Positions 27,905 through 37,255 of a stretch of 64,000 nucleotides of DNA are shown here, piece by piece. The DNA lies in contig JAFGHI010000045.1 in assembly GCA_016930235.1 (NCBI GenBank), forward strand, positions 7,947 through 71,946, in the 5' to 3' direction. Within the stretch, counting starts at the first letter, position 1; the number at the start of each line of letters is the position of its first letter. The DNA is from Candidatus Omnitrophota bacterium. GTDB lineage: Bacteria > Omnitrophota > Omnitrophia > Omnitrophales > Aquincolibacteriaceae. Both the position numbers and the translations under genes were made by a program. Under the pieces are notes generated by a model. That model ran no database searches and was not told the origin of the DNA. It saw only the letters and a program-made list of their open reading frames with translations.

Positions 27905-29107
27905 ATGAAAAAAATCGGGCTTCTATTTTTAATCCTTGCGTCATTTATTTTCCTTATTTATACGAACCGCCATATTGTGACGGGAATGTTTCTTGCACCT
28001 TTTTTAGAATCAAAACTCGAATCGCTTTTTAATATGCCCATTGCCATCCAAGGGCTTCGCGTCGATTTCAAGACAGGGGATGTCCAGGCCTCGCGCGTCA
28101 TTTTTACCAATCAGCCGGAATTTTTACCCGGTCCTCATTTGGATGTTTATGGAGTTCGATTTCATATCGATTTCCCCGCGCTTCGCCGGAAAGAGGTTTT
28201 GATTGATACGGTCCACCTCGAACGTCCTTATTATTTGATTGACCGCATGCCGACCCCGGAGGGCCCCCGGAATAATGTGAATACGTGGTACCGGTATATG
28301 AAAGTCGAAAGAAAAAAAGGGGAGCCCAAAGAAAAAACCGGAGGTGAACAAGAAAAAAAATGGGTGGTTAAAATCGGGAAGATTGAAATCTCGAACGGAA
28401 CGGTTATTTTCGATAACCGTGCGGCCAAAAACCCGAGGAAATATGTGTTCCGGAATCTCAATGGATTTCTCGGAAATTTCGAATATCCGTCCGAAGGGCC
28501 GAATCATTTATCCCAGGACGTGGAAATGAAAGGGACGTACGGTGAATTTTATCCGGCCCCTTTTGAAATCGAGGGGAAGGCAAATTTTTCGACGAGTCAG
28601 GTCGGATTCAATCTCTACGGGGAAATTACGGAAGGGGATCTTCTGGAACACCGTGATTTATGGGAAGGTTTACCGATTAGGCTTGAAAAAGGAAGGTTTT
28701 CTCTTTTTATCCACGGGCTTTGTCTGAAAAAACAATTGCAGTCGCGAAGCCATCTTATTTTGAGGGAACTTGATATCAGCCCCGGTCAGGCCGCGACCGA
28801 TAAGATTTGGGGGCTTCCGCTTCTGGCTTCGATGCGCTTTATGGAGAATGAAAAGGAAATTCATTTAGAAATACCCGTAAACGGAGATATTACCGATCCC
28901 AAATTTGAGTTTCAGAAGGCTTTTCGGGCTTCTTTTCATCGATCCCTGGAACGCAGGACGAAGGCAGGCATCCAGTCCTTTACGAACGGAACGGTCAGAT
29001 TGGCATCCCAAACGAAAGGGATTGTCGTCAAGACACAGCAGCGGCTCGTTGAGGGCATTGATCGATTGTCGACGGCCGTTCATGAGAAAGCGAGTCAAGT
29101 CGAGTGA
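27905..29107 (+). CDS. Membrane-anchored AsmA/DUF748-like protein
   Basis: Single N-terminal TM helix followed by a long beta-rich soluble region. Weak family assignment. Confidence 0.3.
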   Translation: MKKIGLLFLILASFIFLIYTNRHIVTGMFLAPFLESKLESLFNMPIAIQGLRVDFKTGDVQASRVIFTNQPEFLPGPHLDVYGVRFHIDFPALRRKEVLIDTVHLERPYYLIDRMPTPEGPRNNVNTWYRYMKVERKKGEPKEKTGGEQEKKWVVKIGKIEISNGTVIFDNRAAKNPRKYVFRNLNGFLGNFEYPSEGPNHLSQDVEMKGTYGEFYPAPFEIEGKANFSTSQVGFNLYGEITEGDLLEHRDLWEGLPIRLEKGRFSLFIHGLCLKKQLQSRSHLILRELDISPGQAATDKIWGLPLLASMRFMENEKEIHLEIPVNGDITDPKFEFQKAFRASFHRSLERRTKAGIQSFTNGTVRLASQTKGIVVKTQQRLVEGIDRLSTAVHEKASQVE

Positions 29108-29997
29108 TGAATACACAGAAGAAATCAGGTTTTGTTTCGATTCTCGGCCGTCCCAATGTCGGGAAATCAACGCTTTTGAATTATCTTGTGGGCGAGAAAT
29201 TGGCGGGGGTGTCGAGAAAGCCGCAGACTACCCGCGAGACAATCCGCGGCATCTTGACCCGTGAAGAAGGACAGGTTGTTTTTCTGGATACTCCCGGGAT
29301 GCATGAGCCGCGTGATCTTTTGGGTTCCAAAATGCTGCGTGAGATTGAAGAATCCTTAGACGGTGCGGATCTTTTTTATTGGATGATTCTTCCCGAACCG
29401 ATGACCCGTGAGGAGGAGAAAATCCTTGAGATTGTCCGCGGACTGAAAGCGCCGATTTTTTTGCTGGTGAATCAGGTGGACCGGTTTCCCAAACCGCATG
29501 TCCTTCCGGTGATTGACGCCTATAAGGATAAGTTGCCCTTTCAGGAAATCATCCCGATTTCCGCCAAGACAGGGATCAATATTGAGATCTTGATTCAAAA
29601 AACCTTTGAGTGCCTTCCTGTCGGTGCGCCGCTTTTTGACGAGGATCAAATCTCGGATCAAAACGAACGGTTTACGGCCTCTGAGATTATCCGCGAGAAG
29701 GTTTTTCGAATGACCCGGCAGGAGATCCCGTATGCCTCAACCGTTGTCATTGAAGATTTCAAGGACCGGCCGGACAAGATTGCCGAGATTCACGCGACGA
29801 TTGTGGTCGAGCGGGAATCGCAGAAAGGGGTCATGATCGGCAAGCGCGGTGAGATGATGAAACGGATCGGCGAGGCCTCCAGGCAGGATCTTGAAAGGTT
29901 TCTCGGTCGCAAGGTTTTTCTTAAATTGTGGGTCAAAACAATCCCCGGTTGGAAAAAAGACAAACAGGCAATGCGGGAGTTGGGTTATGGCCCCTAG
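29104..29997 (+). CDS. era: GTPase Era
   Basis: GRPNVGKSTLLN G1 motif, DTPG G3 motif and a C-terminal KH domain. Confidence 0.9.
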   Translation: MMNTQKKSGFVSILGRPNVGKSTLLNYLVGEKLAGVSRKPQTTRETIRGILTREEGQVVFLDTPGMHEPRDLLGSKMLREIEESLDGADLFYWMILPEPMTREEEKILEIVRGLKAPIFLLVNQVDRFPKPHVLPVIDAYKDKLPFQEIIPISAKTGINIEILIQKTFECLPVGAPLFDEDQISDQNERFTASEIIREKVFRMTRQEIPYASTVVIEDFKDRPDKIAEIHATIVVERESQKGVMIGKRGEMMKRIGEASRQDLERFLGRKVFLKLWVKTIPGWKKDKQAMRELGYGP

Positions 29998-30940
29998 GAA
30001 GAAATTAGACATCCTCGTTTTCGGGGCGGGCGCGATCGGCTCGGTTTACGGCGGGTTCCTTTCCCGTTTCCATAACGTTACTTTGTTGGGTCGGACAAAT
30101 CATATCAGGGCTATCCGAAAGCGGGGACTGCGCGTTTCGGGGATTTGGGGCAGGCATGTTTTTAAGCAGCTTCAGTTGGAAACGGATTCCCGGAAGTTTA
30201 TCCGCCAGAAAAAGCATTTTGATCTTATCCTTTTGACGGTCAAATCCTATGATATGGCCAGGGCCGTGCTTGCGATCAAGAAACTCCTGTCACCTCATAC
30301 GGCTGTCCTCGCGCTTCAAAATGGTTTGGGCAATATCGAAATCCTTCACCGGGCCCTTCCCCCCAAACAGGTGTTTGCGGGCCGTGTGATCTTCGGAGTC
30401 GAAGTCCCGAAACCCGGAGAAGTGAAAGTCACCGTGATCGCGCAGCCGACGGCCCTGGGTGAAACCTGCCGGAAAGGGATCACCCCACGGTTAAAGCATC
30501 TGGTTCAAGTATTTTCCGAAACAAAAATTCCGACGGTAGCCTGCCGTGATATCGAGCGGCTGATTTGGGCCAAAGTGATTTATAATTCTTCGCTCAATCC
30601 GCTTGCCTCACTTTTGGATTGCCATTACGGTTATTTAGGGGAACACCAAGCGACTCGGCAGATGATCCAGGAAATCATCGAAGAAATTTACCGGGTCGGA
30701 AAGAAACTCAAAGTCCATCTGGCTCCCAGAACAGCTTTAGGATATCAGAAAGTTTTTTTTAAGACATTGCTGCCCAGGACTTATCACCATCATCCTTCGA
30801 TGCTTCAGGACCTCCAGCGGGGGAAGCGAACGGAGATCGAGGCCTTAAACGGGGCGATCGAGCGTTTGGGAAAGCGCGCGAAGATTGCGGTGCCCGTCAA
30901 TGCCTTGATGGCTGACCTTATCCGTCAAAAGGAAGCCTGA
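29987..30940 (+). CDS. panE: 2-dehydropantoate 2-reductase (PanE/ApbA family)
   Basis: ILVFGAGAIGSVYGGFL Rossmann motif and a KPA reductase fold. ATG 29987 overlaps the era 3' end by 11 bp. Confidence 0.7.
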   Translation: MAPRKKLDILVFGAGAIGSVYGGFLSRFHNVTLLGRTNHIRAIRKRGLRVSGIWGRHVFKQLQLETDSRKFIRQKKHFDLILLTVKSYDMARAVLAIKKLLSPHTAVLALQNGLGNIEILHRALPPKQVFAGRVIFGVEVPKPGEVKVTVIAQPTALGETCRKGITPRLKHLVQVFSETKIPTVACRDIERLIWAKVIYNSSLNPLASLLDCHYGYLGEHQATRQMIQEIIEEIYRVGKKLKVHLAPRTALGYQKVFFKTLLPRTYHHHPSMLQDLQRGKRTEIEALNGAIERLGKRAKIAVPVNALMADLIRQKEA

Positions 30941-31735
30941 ATGAGACAGTCTTCGGTTCTCATGTGCCGTCCCCCAAGCAAAATCTCGGGGAATTCCGCC
31001 GGGAATGATCCCTTCAGGAAAATCGATCTTGCCCTTGCTTCCGACGAGTGGCAGCGGCTTCACGATTGTTTAAAGAAAGATTTCCGTCTCAAGGTTGAAG
31101 TGTTGCCGGCCCCTGAAAATTTGCCTTGGATGAGTTTTGCCGCCGGCGCGGGCGTTACGAATAAACGAACTTACGTTCGAAGTTCTTTCCGTAGACCGCA
31201 CCGCTGTGAGGAAGAAAGGCATTTCGAAAATTGGTTTAGGAAAAAGGGCTTTATCGTGAAGACCCTTGAAAGGCCCCTTGGTTTTCAGGGTGAGCGTGAA
31301 GTCCTGGAGATTGCAGGGGAGCTTTATATCGGGTACCGGTTCCGCTCGGAGACAGAAGGTCACGAGATCCTAGCGAAGTATCTCAAAAAACGTTATTTTG
31401 CATTGGAGATTCCGGATGAAAGGTTCTATGATATCGATACGTGCTTGGCGCCGCTCGGTGAGCGGACCGCTTTGGTTTATCTCGGTGCGTTTGAGCCTTA
31501 CGCCCAGATGATTTTGCGTGAAAATATACCGGACCTTATTCGTGTTTCAACAAAAGAGGCGCTTCGGCTGGCCTGCAATTTAATCGAAATCGGAGGGCGG
31601 GTCATTCTCCCCGAAGGTTGTCCCCAAACACGTGAGGAACTTGAAAGAAGAAAGTTTAAAGTGACCGAACTGGATTTTTCCGAGTGGGTCAAGCTGGGCG
31701 GGGCGGCAAAAAGTTTGGTCCTAAGGCTGAGGTAA
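30941..31735 (+). CDS. Amidinotransferase-superfamily protein (DDAH/arginine-deiminase-like), function uncertain
   Basis: N-terminal VLMCRPPSKISG resembles the start of DDAH-like proteins. The C-terminus GGAAKSLVLRL is where the catalytic Cys motif is expected. Confidence 0.3.
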   Translation: MRQSSVLMCRPPSKISGNSAGNDPFRKIDLALASDEWQRLHDCLKKDFRLKVEVLPAPENLPWMSFAAGAGVTNKRTYVRSSFRRPHRCEEERHFENWFRKKGFIVKTLERPLGFQGEREVLEIAGELYIGYRFRSETEGHEILAKYLKKRYFALEIPDERFYDIDTCLAPLGERTALVYLGAFEPYAQMILRENIPDLIRVSTKEALRLACNLIEIGGRVILPEGCPQTREELERRKFKVTELDFSEWVKLGGAAKSLVLRLR

Positions 31736-31741
31736 AAGAAG

Positions 31742-32407
31742 ATGAAGAAATTGCTTTTCGATCACAAGAAACGATCCCAGCCCCCTAAGAAGAGGGCCGC
31801 TAAAATTAAGGCGATTGTCTTTGATTTGGGGAATGTCCTTCTCAATTACGATATCTTAAAAGCGGCCCGCTGGTTTCACAAAACCTGCGGGGTTTCGATC
31901 CTTAAGATCCGGAAGCATTTCTTTGCGGCCGAGACAGAGAAGGCCTATGAACGCGGAGAAATTTCGACCCTGGATTTTTTTGAATATGCCAAGCAGGCCT
32001 TTAAAGTGCCGATTGACTTCGAATCCTTCAAGAACGGCTGGAATGATATCTTTTGGGAAAATGACGGGATGGATGAGCTTACCGGGAAACTTTCCAAAAC
32101 TTATCCGCTATATTTGATTTCCAATACCAACGAGATGCATTTTGATTATATCGAAAAAAAATTTGGTATTCTGCGTCATTTTAAAGAAACATTCCCAAGC
32201 CACCGGATGGGGGCCCGGAAACCCGAACCGAAGATTTATGCGAAAACGATTGAGCGGATCGGGGTCCGTCCCGAGGAAATGGTTTTTATTGATGACGTTC
32301 CCAAGTTTGTCCGGGGGGCGAAGAAGGCCGGGATGCACGGCATTCAGTTCCGGAATAAAAAACAACTCATCAGGGATTTAAAACGTCTAGGAGTGAATAT
32401 TTCATGA
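31742..32407 (+). CDS. HAD-superfamily hydrolase, subfamily IA
   Basis: IKAIVFDLGNVLL motif I and a C-terminal FIDDVPKFVRGAKKAG motif IV. Confidence 0.7.
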   Translation: MKKLLFDHKKRSQPPKKRAAKIKAIVFDLGNVLLNYDILKAARWFHKTCGVSILKIRKHFFAAETEKAYERGEISTLDFFEYAKQAFKVPIDFESFKNGWNDIFWENDGMDELTGKLSKTYPLYLISNTNEMHFDYIEKKFGILRHFKETFPSHRMGARKPEPKIYAKTIERIGVRPEEMVFIDDVPKFVRGAKKAGMHGIQFRNKKQLIRDLKRLGVNIS

Positions 32408-33306
32408 GCCGCACCGTCAGAATTTTTTTCCCTTTCTTGTGCCTGACGGTTCTTCTTATGGCCGTCGGAGGTTCGCAAGGGGACTTGCCGGGGATGCTTA
32501 TGGGATTCGTCCTGGGCATTCTGCTTACTTTCATCGTGTTTCGCTTCAGCGCGGACTGGGTCTTGGGGAATCTTCATGCTCAGCTTTTGCCCAAAGAAAC
32601 GGCCCCCGAACTTTATATCCTTTCCAACGAGCTGGCTTTGGAAGCGGGGATTGATCCGCCGAGGCTTTATCTGATCCCCTCAGCGGCCTTGAATGCCTTG
32701 AGTGTCGGAAGGATTTCAAGACGGTCTGCGATTCTTTTGACCCGGGGGCTTTTAGGGGAGCTTTCGGAATCCGAGCTGAAAGCTGTCCTCGCTCATGAAA
32801 TCGCGCATATTCAATCTCGGGAAACTTTTTTAGGGACGGTCACCGCCAGTCTTGCCGGAATTTCCGATTATTTTATTATGTTTTTAAGGGGAGCTTTTAG
32901 TTTAGGGAACCCGCAAAGGGGCGGACGCCGGGATAATCCGATCGTGATGTTGGCGAAGGCCGTTTTATATCCGCTCACGGCCCTTTGGATTCGGGGGCTT
33001 ATTTTCCCTTCGCGCGAATATGAGGCGGACAGGGAAAGTGCTATGTTGTGCGGCAATCCCGAATATTTGATGAGTGCGCTTGTGAAGATTGATCAAAAGA
33101 AAAAGAATCTTCCGTTAAGGGAGATCCCTTATTCGGAGGCCCATCTTTTCATCGTGAATCCTCTCCGGGAAGGGGTTGGGTCGAGGATTTTTCAATCGCA
33201 CCCGCTTGTCGAGAAACGGTTAGTTGCCTTGGAGGGAATGACTCATTTGCGCCCGTCGGTGTATTCTGAGGAAGAGGTTTCGTCCGGAAAAAATGAAAAG
33301 GGTTGA
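32404..33306 (+). CDS. htpX: M48-family zinc metalloprotease HtpX-like
   Basis: Two N-terminal TM helices, HEIAHI zincin motif, and a downstream Glu in EYEADRESA. Confidence 0.75.
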   Translation: MSRTVRIFFPFLCLTVLLMAVGGSQGDLPGMLMGFVLGILLTFIVFRFSADWVLGNLHAQLLPKETAPELYILSNELALEAGIDPPRLYLIPSAALNALSVGRISRRSAILLTRGLLGELSESELKAVLAHEIAHIQSRETFLGTVTASLAGISDYFIMFLRGAFSLGNPQRGGRRDNPIVMLAKAVLYPLTALWIRGLIFPSREYEADRESAMLCGNPEYLMSALVKIDQKKKNLPLREIPYSEAHLFIVNPLREGVGSRIFQSHPLVEKRLVALEGMTHLRPSVYSEEEVSSGKNEKG

Positions 33307-33359
33307 CGCTCGGGACGGGCGGAAGATAGAATCGTCAAATCATTGAAGGAGGACCGGAA

Positions 33360-33671
33360 ATGGCTTATGTGATTACGGACAAATGTTTGGGTGAAAGGTA
33401 TGCAACCTGTGTTTCTGTCTGCCCGGTGGAATGTATTTATCCGGGGGAACATAAGGGCGAGGAGTTTATGGTAATTGATCCGGCGGTGTGTATTACTTGC
33501 GGGGCCTGCCTGCCGGAATGTCCGATCGGAGCGATTGTCGAATCCGAGGATCAATCCCCCGAGTGGGCCAAGGTGAATGCGGACCTGGCTCCGAAATTCA
33601 AGGAAAATCCGAAGGTCGGCGAACGTGCGAAGGATGATCCGCCCAAGAAACCCGGGAACAAACTGGTTTAA
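33360..33671 (+). CDS. Ferredoxin (7Fe/8Fe FdxA-like)
   Basis: CVSVCPVECIYPG and CITCGACLPECP cluster motifs. Confidence 0.85.
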   Translation: MAYVITDKCLGERYATCVSVCPVECIYPGEHKGEEFMVIDPAVCITCGACLPECPIGAIVESEDQSPEWAKVNADLAPKFKENPKVGERAKDDPPKKPGNKLV

Positions 33672-33695
33672 ATCGGCGAAGTTTTGTGGGTTCTA

Positions 33696-33746
33696 AAAGT
33701 GCCTCTTGGATCGGGGATTACCCGGTGAAAGAGGCACTTTTTTTAT
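33696..33746 (+). terminator. Rho-independent terminator after ferredoxin
   Basis: AAAGTGCCTCTT ... AAGAGGCACTTT stem followed by TTTTTT. Confidence 0.75.
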
Positions 33747-33843
33747 GCCCAATCCACGGGAGAAAAGAGTAGAGGCCGCAGCACCGTTTAGGGTAGAATA
33801 CGTTTTCGAAACCGCCACTTGAACCACGAAGGGTGATCCGTCA

Positions 33844-34443
33844 ATGCAGGAAGTTATCGATCAAAAACTTGAAGGATATATACGGGATTTCTTGAAGGAA
33901 AACCGTGCCGGCCGGATCCTGGCCAGGGGTTTGGAAGTCCTTGGCGTAGGATTGTGGCCTGTGATTGATCACCTCGCCTTTTGCTGTCTCAGTGTGGAAC
34001 AAAGGGCCAAGGAATTCCTGGACTTAGGCTATCGATTTGATGAAGAAACCAACGTCCTTCAGGGACGCAATTGGTGGGCCAAGATTTTTAAGAAGCCTGG
34101 GTATCCGGCCGTTTTGCTTTGCCAGGCTTATGAGGATGAACGGGTCAAACAGAGTCCGATCCCCGCGTGGGTGGATGCGTTTGGAGAAAAAATGGTTCAT
34201 TGCCTGGCCGTCCACGTTGAGAATGCCGAGAATGCCGTTTTTTACTTGGAAAAGCAGGGCATACCCTTCAGCCATCATATTGTGGGAGACCAGGGTTCCA
34301 AACTCCGCCAGGTTTTATCCGTGCCGGAAAAAAAGAACGGAATGGTTTATTGTACCCTGCAATTTGTCGAGCGCAGGGGCGGGTTTCAGGAATTGATGGC
34401 GCTTCAGCTTGAAGAGCTGCATAAGATTTTAGAGTCGTCCTAA
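33844..34443 (+). CDS. Hypothetical protein (possible VOC/DUF1338-like fold)
   Basis: ORF of 199 aa, soluble, with His-rich segments (IDHLAFCCL, HCLAVHVENAENAVFY). No confident assignment. Confidence 0.3.
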   Translation: MQEVIDQKLEGYIRDFLKENRAGRILARGLEVLGVGLWPVIDHLAFCCLSVEQRAKEFLDLGYRFDEETNVLQGRNWWAKIFKKPGYPAVLLCQAYEDERVKQSPIPAWVDAFGEKMVHCLAVHVENAENAVFYLEKQGIPFSHHIVGDQGSKLRQVLSVPEKKNGMVYCTLQFVERRGGFQELMALQLEELHKILESS

Positions 34444-34471
34444 CGGAATTTTTTCAAAGGAAACAAAACAC

Positions 34472-35476
34472 ATGATTGTCGGGTTGACGGGAAAAAACGG
34501 ATCAGGGAAAGGCGAGGTCGTGAAATACCTCGAAGAACGGGGATTCGGTGTTTATTCTCTCTCGGATGTTCTTAGGGAAGAAGCCCAGAAAAACAAAAAA
34601 CCGGTGACTCGGGATGTCCTTGTTGAATTGGGCAACCGGCTTCGCGCCGAACACGGGCCTTCTTTCCTGGCCGAGAAGATTTTTGAGCGGCTGGATCCCG
34701 AAAAAAATTATGTGGTCGATTCGATCCGTCATCCCCTGGAAGTGAAGGTCTTTCGCCGCCGGAGTGATTTTATCCTTGCGTGTGTTCGCGCTCCCGAGAA
34801 ACTGCGGTTTGAAAGATTGCGCCAGAGGGGTCGCGAAAACGATCCCAAGGCTTTTGAGGATTTTCAGAAACTTGAAAGCAAAGAGGCGGAAAGCAGGACG
34901 GAAAGCGATCAGCAGCTGGATGCCGCAATTCGTTCGGCGGATATCGTGATCGAAAATGGGGGCCCTTTAAGAGAACTTCATGAGAAGGTGAAAACAGCGG
35001 TCCTGGAATTTACCAAGAAGCAGGTCAGGCCCGATTGGGACCACTATTTTATGGAGATTGCCAAAGTGGCGGCCCTTCGTTCCAATTGCATGAAGCGCAG
35101 GGTCGCGGCAGTTATTGTCAAAGACAAACGGATTATTGCAACCGGTTATAACGGAACGCCGCGCGGGATTAAGAATTGCAATGAGGGAGGATGCCCCCGG
35201 TGTAACAGCTTAGAGCCTTCCGGCAAGGGACTTCCCGATTGTGTCTGCTCTCACGCTGAGGAAAATGCGATTGTCCAGTCGGCCTACCATGGTGTTAGCG
35301 TCAAAGACTCGATTATCTACACGACTTTTTCACCCTGCCTTATCTGTACTAAGATGATCATTAATGCCGGGATCCTGGAGGTCGTCTATAATGTCGATTA
35401 TCCCATGAGCGATGTATCACTCCGGCTATTTGAAGAAGCCGGGGTGAAGGTCCGAAAGCTCCCGGTCCAGGCCTAG
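34472..35476 (+). CDS. Fusion protein: N-terminal P-loop nucleotide/dNMP-kinase-like domain + C-terminal dCMP/cytidine deaminase domain
   Basis: N-terminus MIVGLTGKNGSGKGEVVKYL (Walker A, AAA/CoaE/dNMP-kinase-like). C-terminus has zinc-deaminase motifs (CSHAEENAI ... SPCLICTKMIINAGI) as in ComEB/dCMP deaminase. Confidence 0.7.
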   Translation: MIVGLTGKNGSGKGEVVKYLEERGFGVYSLSDVLREEAQKNKKPVTRDVLVELGNRLRAEHGPSFLAEKIFERLDPEKNYVVDSIRHPLEVKVFRRRSDFILACVRAPEKLRFERLRQRGRENDPKAFEDFQKLESKEAESRTESDQQLDAAIRSADIVIENGGPLRELHEKVKTAVLEFTKKQVRPDWDHYFMEIAKVAALRSNCMKRRVAAVIVKDKRIIATGYNGTPRGIKNCNEGGCPRCNSLEPSGKGLPDCVCSHAEENAIVQSAYHGVSVKDSIIYTTFSPCLICTKMIINAGILEVVYNVDYPMSDVSLRLFEEAGVKVRKLPVQA

Positions 35477-35506
35477 GGACTCATTCCGCGAAAACAAAGC
35501 CATAAT

Positions 35507-36700
35507 ATGACTCAAGAAAAAAAAGAAAACGCCCAACCTATCCGAAAAAGTTTCGGGCTTAAAGGCAAAATCGAGCCTGAACTTCATAAGAGTTATCACA
35601 GTCCGCTTGTGGATCAAATCAAACAAGAGGGATACCGTTATCAAAAGGGGAGAATCCGGATTTTTTTGGCTGAAGAATTCGGCTTTTGCTACGGAGTCGA
35701 CCGGGCGGTCGATTATGCCTACGAAACCTGCGCAAAATTCCCGGACCGGAGAATTTTTCTCACCAATGAGATTATTCACAACCCCCGTGTGAATACTAAA
35801 CTCAAGGAGATGGGGGTTCGCTTTCTTTCCGGGCCTTATGCGGAGGGGGAAACACTCCAGGATATTACTTCCGAGGATGTTGTGATTATCCCTGCCTTCG
35901 GGACATCGATTTCAGAACTGGATGAGCTTGAGAAGAAGGGATGTACGTTGGTCGACACGACCTGCGGGTCGGTGATGAGCGTCTGGCGAAGAGTGGAATC
36001 CTATGCCCGTGACGGTTTTACGTCGCTGATTCACGGTAAATTCGACCACGAAGAGACGCGCGCGACGAGTTCCAGGGCGATGCGTTATCCGGGAGGCAAA
36101 TTCCTGGTCGTACGCGACATGTCCGAAACCGGGGAGGTTTGCAAATTCATCGAAGGCTGCGGGAACCGCGATCATTTCCTCGGGAAATTTAAAGAGGCCT
36201 GTTCGCCCGGATTGGATCCCGAGAAGGACCTTGGGTTTATCGGTTGCGCCAACCAAACAACCATGCTTTCAAGCGAATCGATTGAAATCGCAAAAATGCT
36301 TGAGTCTTCTTTTCTGAAACGCTACGGGAAAGAGGAAGCCCAGAGAAGATTCCGTCATTTTGATACGGTTTGCTCAGCCACCCAGGAACGCCAGGATGCG
36401 GTGTTGAAATTGGCGCGTGAAGGGCTTAATCTTATGATTGTGGTGGGCGGTTATAATTCAAGCAATACGGGACATTTGGTGGAGATCTCCAGTCAATTTG
36501 CGCCGGTTTATCATGTTAAAGATGCCTCCTGTATTTTTTCGGGCAAACTCATTCGCCATAAAGCCAAAGAAAGTATGGACGAGCAGGAAACAAAAGACTG
36601 GCTTCCGGAAGGTCCGGTGAAGATCGGAATTACTGCGGGGGCTTCAACCCCGAACCGTGTCATTGAAGAAGTCATCAAAAGGATTCTGGAAATCGCCTGA
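35507..36700 (+). CDS. ispH: 4-hydroxy-3-methylbut-2-enyl diphosphate reductase IspH (LytB), long form
   Basis: AEEFGFCYGVDRAV, TTCGSV..., and IHGKFDHEET; 397 aa with an N-terminal extension and an insert like cyanobacterial/plant-type IspH. Confidence 0.85.
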   Translation: MTQEKKENAQPIRKSFGLKGKIEPELHKSYHSPLVDQIKQEGYRYQKGRIRIFLAEEFGFCYGVDRAVDYAYETCAKFPDRRIFLTNEIIHNPRVNTKLKEMGVRFLSGPYAEGETLQDITSEDVVIIPAFGTSISELDELEKKGCTLVDTTCGSVMSVWRRVESYARDGFTSLIHGKFDHEETRATSSRAMRYPGGKFLVVRDMSETGEVCKFIEGCGNRDHFLGKFKEACSPGLDPEKDLGFIGCANQTTMLSSESIEIAKMLESSFLKRYGKEEAQRRFRHFDTVCSATQERQDAVLKLAREGLNLMIVVGGYNSSNTGHLVEISSQFAPVYHVKDASCIFSGKLIRHKAKESMDEQETKDWLPEGPVKIGITAGASTPNRVIEEVIKRILEIA

Positions 36701-36818
36701 AGATACCTTCGTGATATTTTGGATTTTGCCTGCCCGCCTGCTGTGCAGCCAGACAGGCAAAATCCATAATTGTATGGGCGAAGAGGCAAGATTAAGTGGC
36801 ACAGAATAAAAACCGAAG

Positions 36819-36953
36819 CACGAAATTCGAAATCCGAAACAATATCAAAATCCGAATGACGAATGTTCTAAAAACGATCAACCAAGCCGTATTTCACATT
36901 TTTTTGAGATATTCGATATTCGAATTTGCTTCGAATTTCGGAATTCGGATTTA
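36819..36953. repeat. Array of short palindromic TTCGAA/GAATTC and TCCGAA half-sites, putative operator cluster upstream of grx
   Basis: cgaaattcgaaatccgaaac...atccgaatgacgaatg ... gatattcgatattcgaatttgcttcgaatttcggaattcggattt. The two arms are partly inverted copies of one another. The track ORF 36796..36984 is rejected. Confidence 0.5.
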
Positions 36954-37000
36954 TAAGAGCAGGTCAAATCCAAAATTGTTTTAATTCGGGAGGTCCATCG

Positions 37001-37255
37001 ATGCCGAAGGTCGTCATTTATACCACGACTTATTGTCCGCATTGCCGACGCGCAAAGGAATTGTTAAAAAGGAAAGAAATCCATTTTCAGGAAATCGATT
37101 TGACGGAAGACCACAAAAAACGAGAAGAACTTCAAGAGAAGACGGGCTGGATGACGGTCCCGATCATTATGGCAGGTGAGGAACTCATCGGCGGGGCGGA
37201 TGAACTTTACGCGCTAGAAGCTGAAGGTAAACTCGAGAAAAAATTATTGTCTTAA
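37001..37255 (+). CDS. Glutaredoxin (GrxC-like)
   Basis: MPKVVIYTTTYCPHCRRAKELL (CPHC active site). GGGAGG RBS lies 8 nt upstream. Confidence 0.85.
   Translation: MPKVVIYTTTYCPHCRRAKELLKRKEIHFQEIDLTEDHKKREELQEKTGWMTVPIIMAGEELIGGADELYALEAEGKLEKKLLS

Noticed and set aside
36796-36984. 62 aa ORF across the TTCGAA repeat array
   Set aside because: The translation (…KFEIRNNIKIRMTNV…FEFASNFGIRIYKS…) is driven by the nucleotide repeats and has no RBS. The region is better explained as a regulatory DNA or RNA element upstream of grx.
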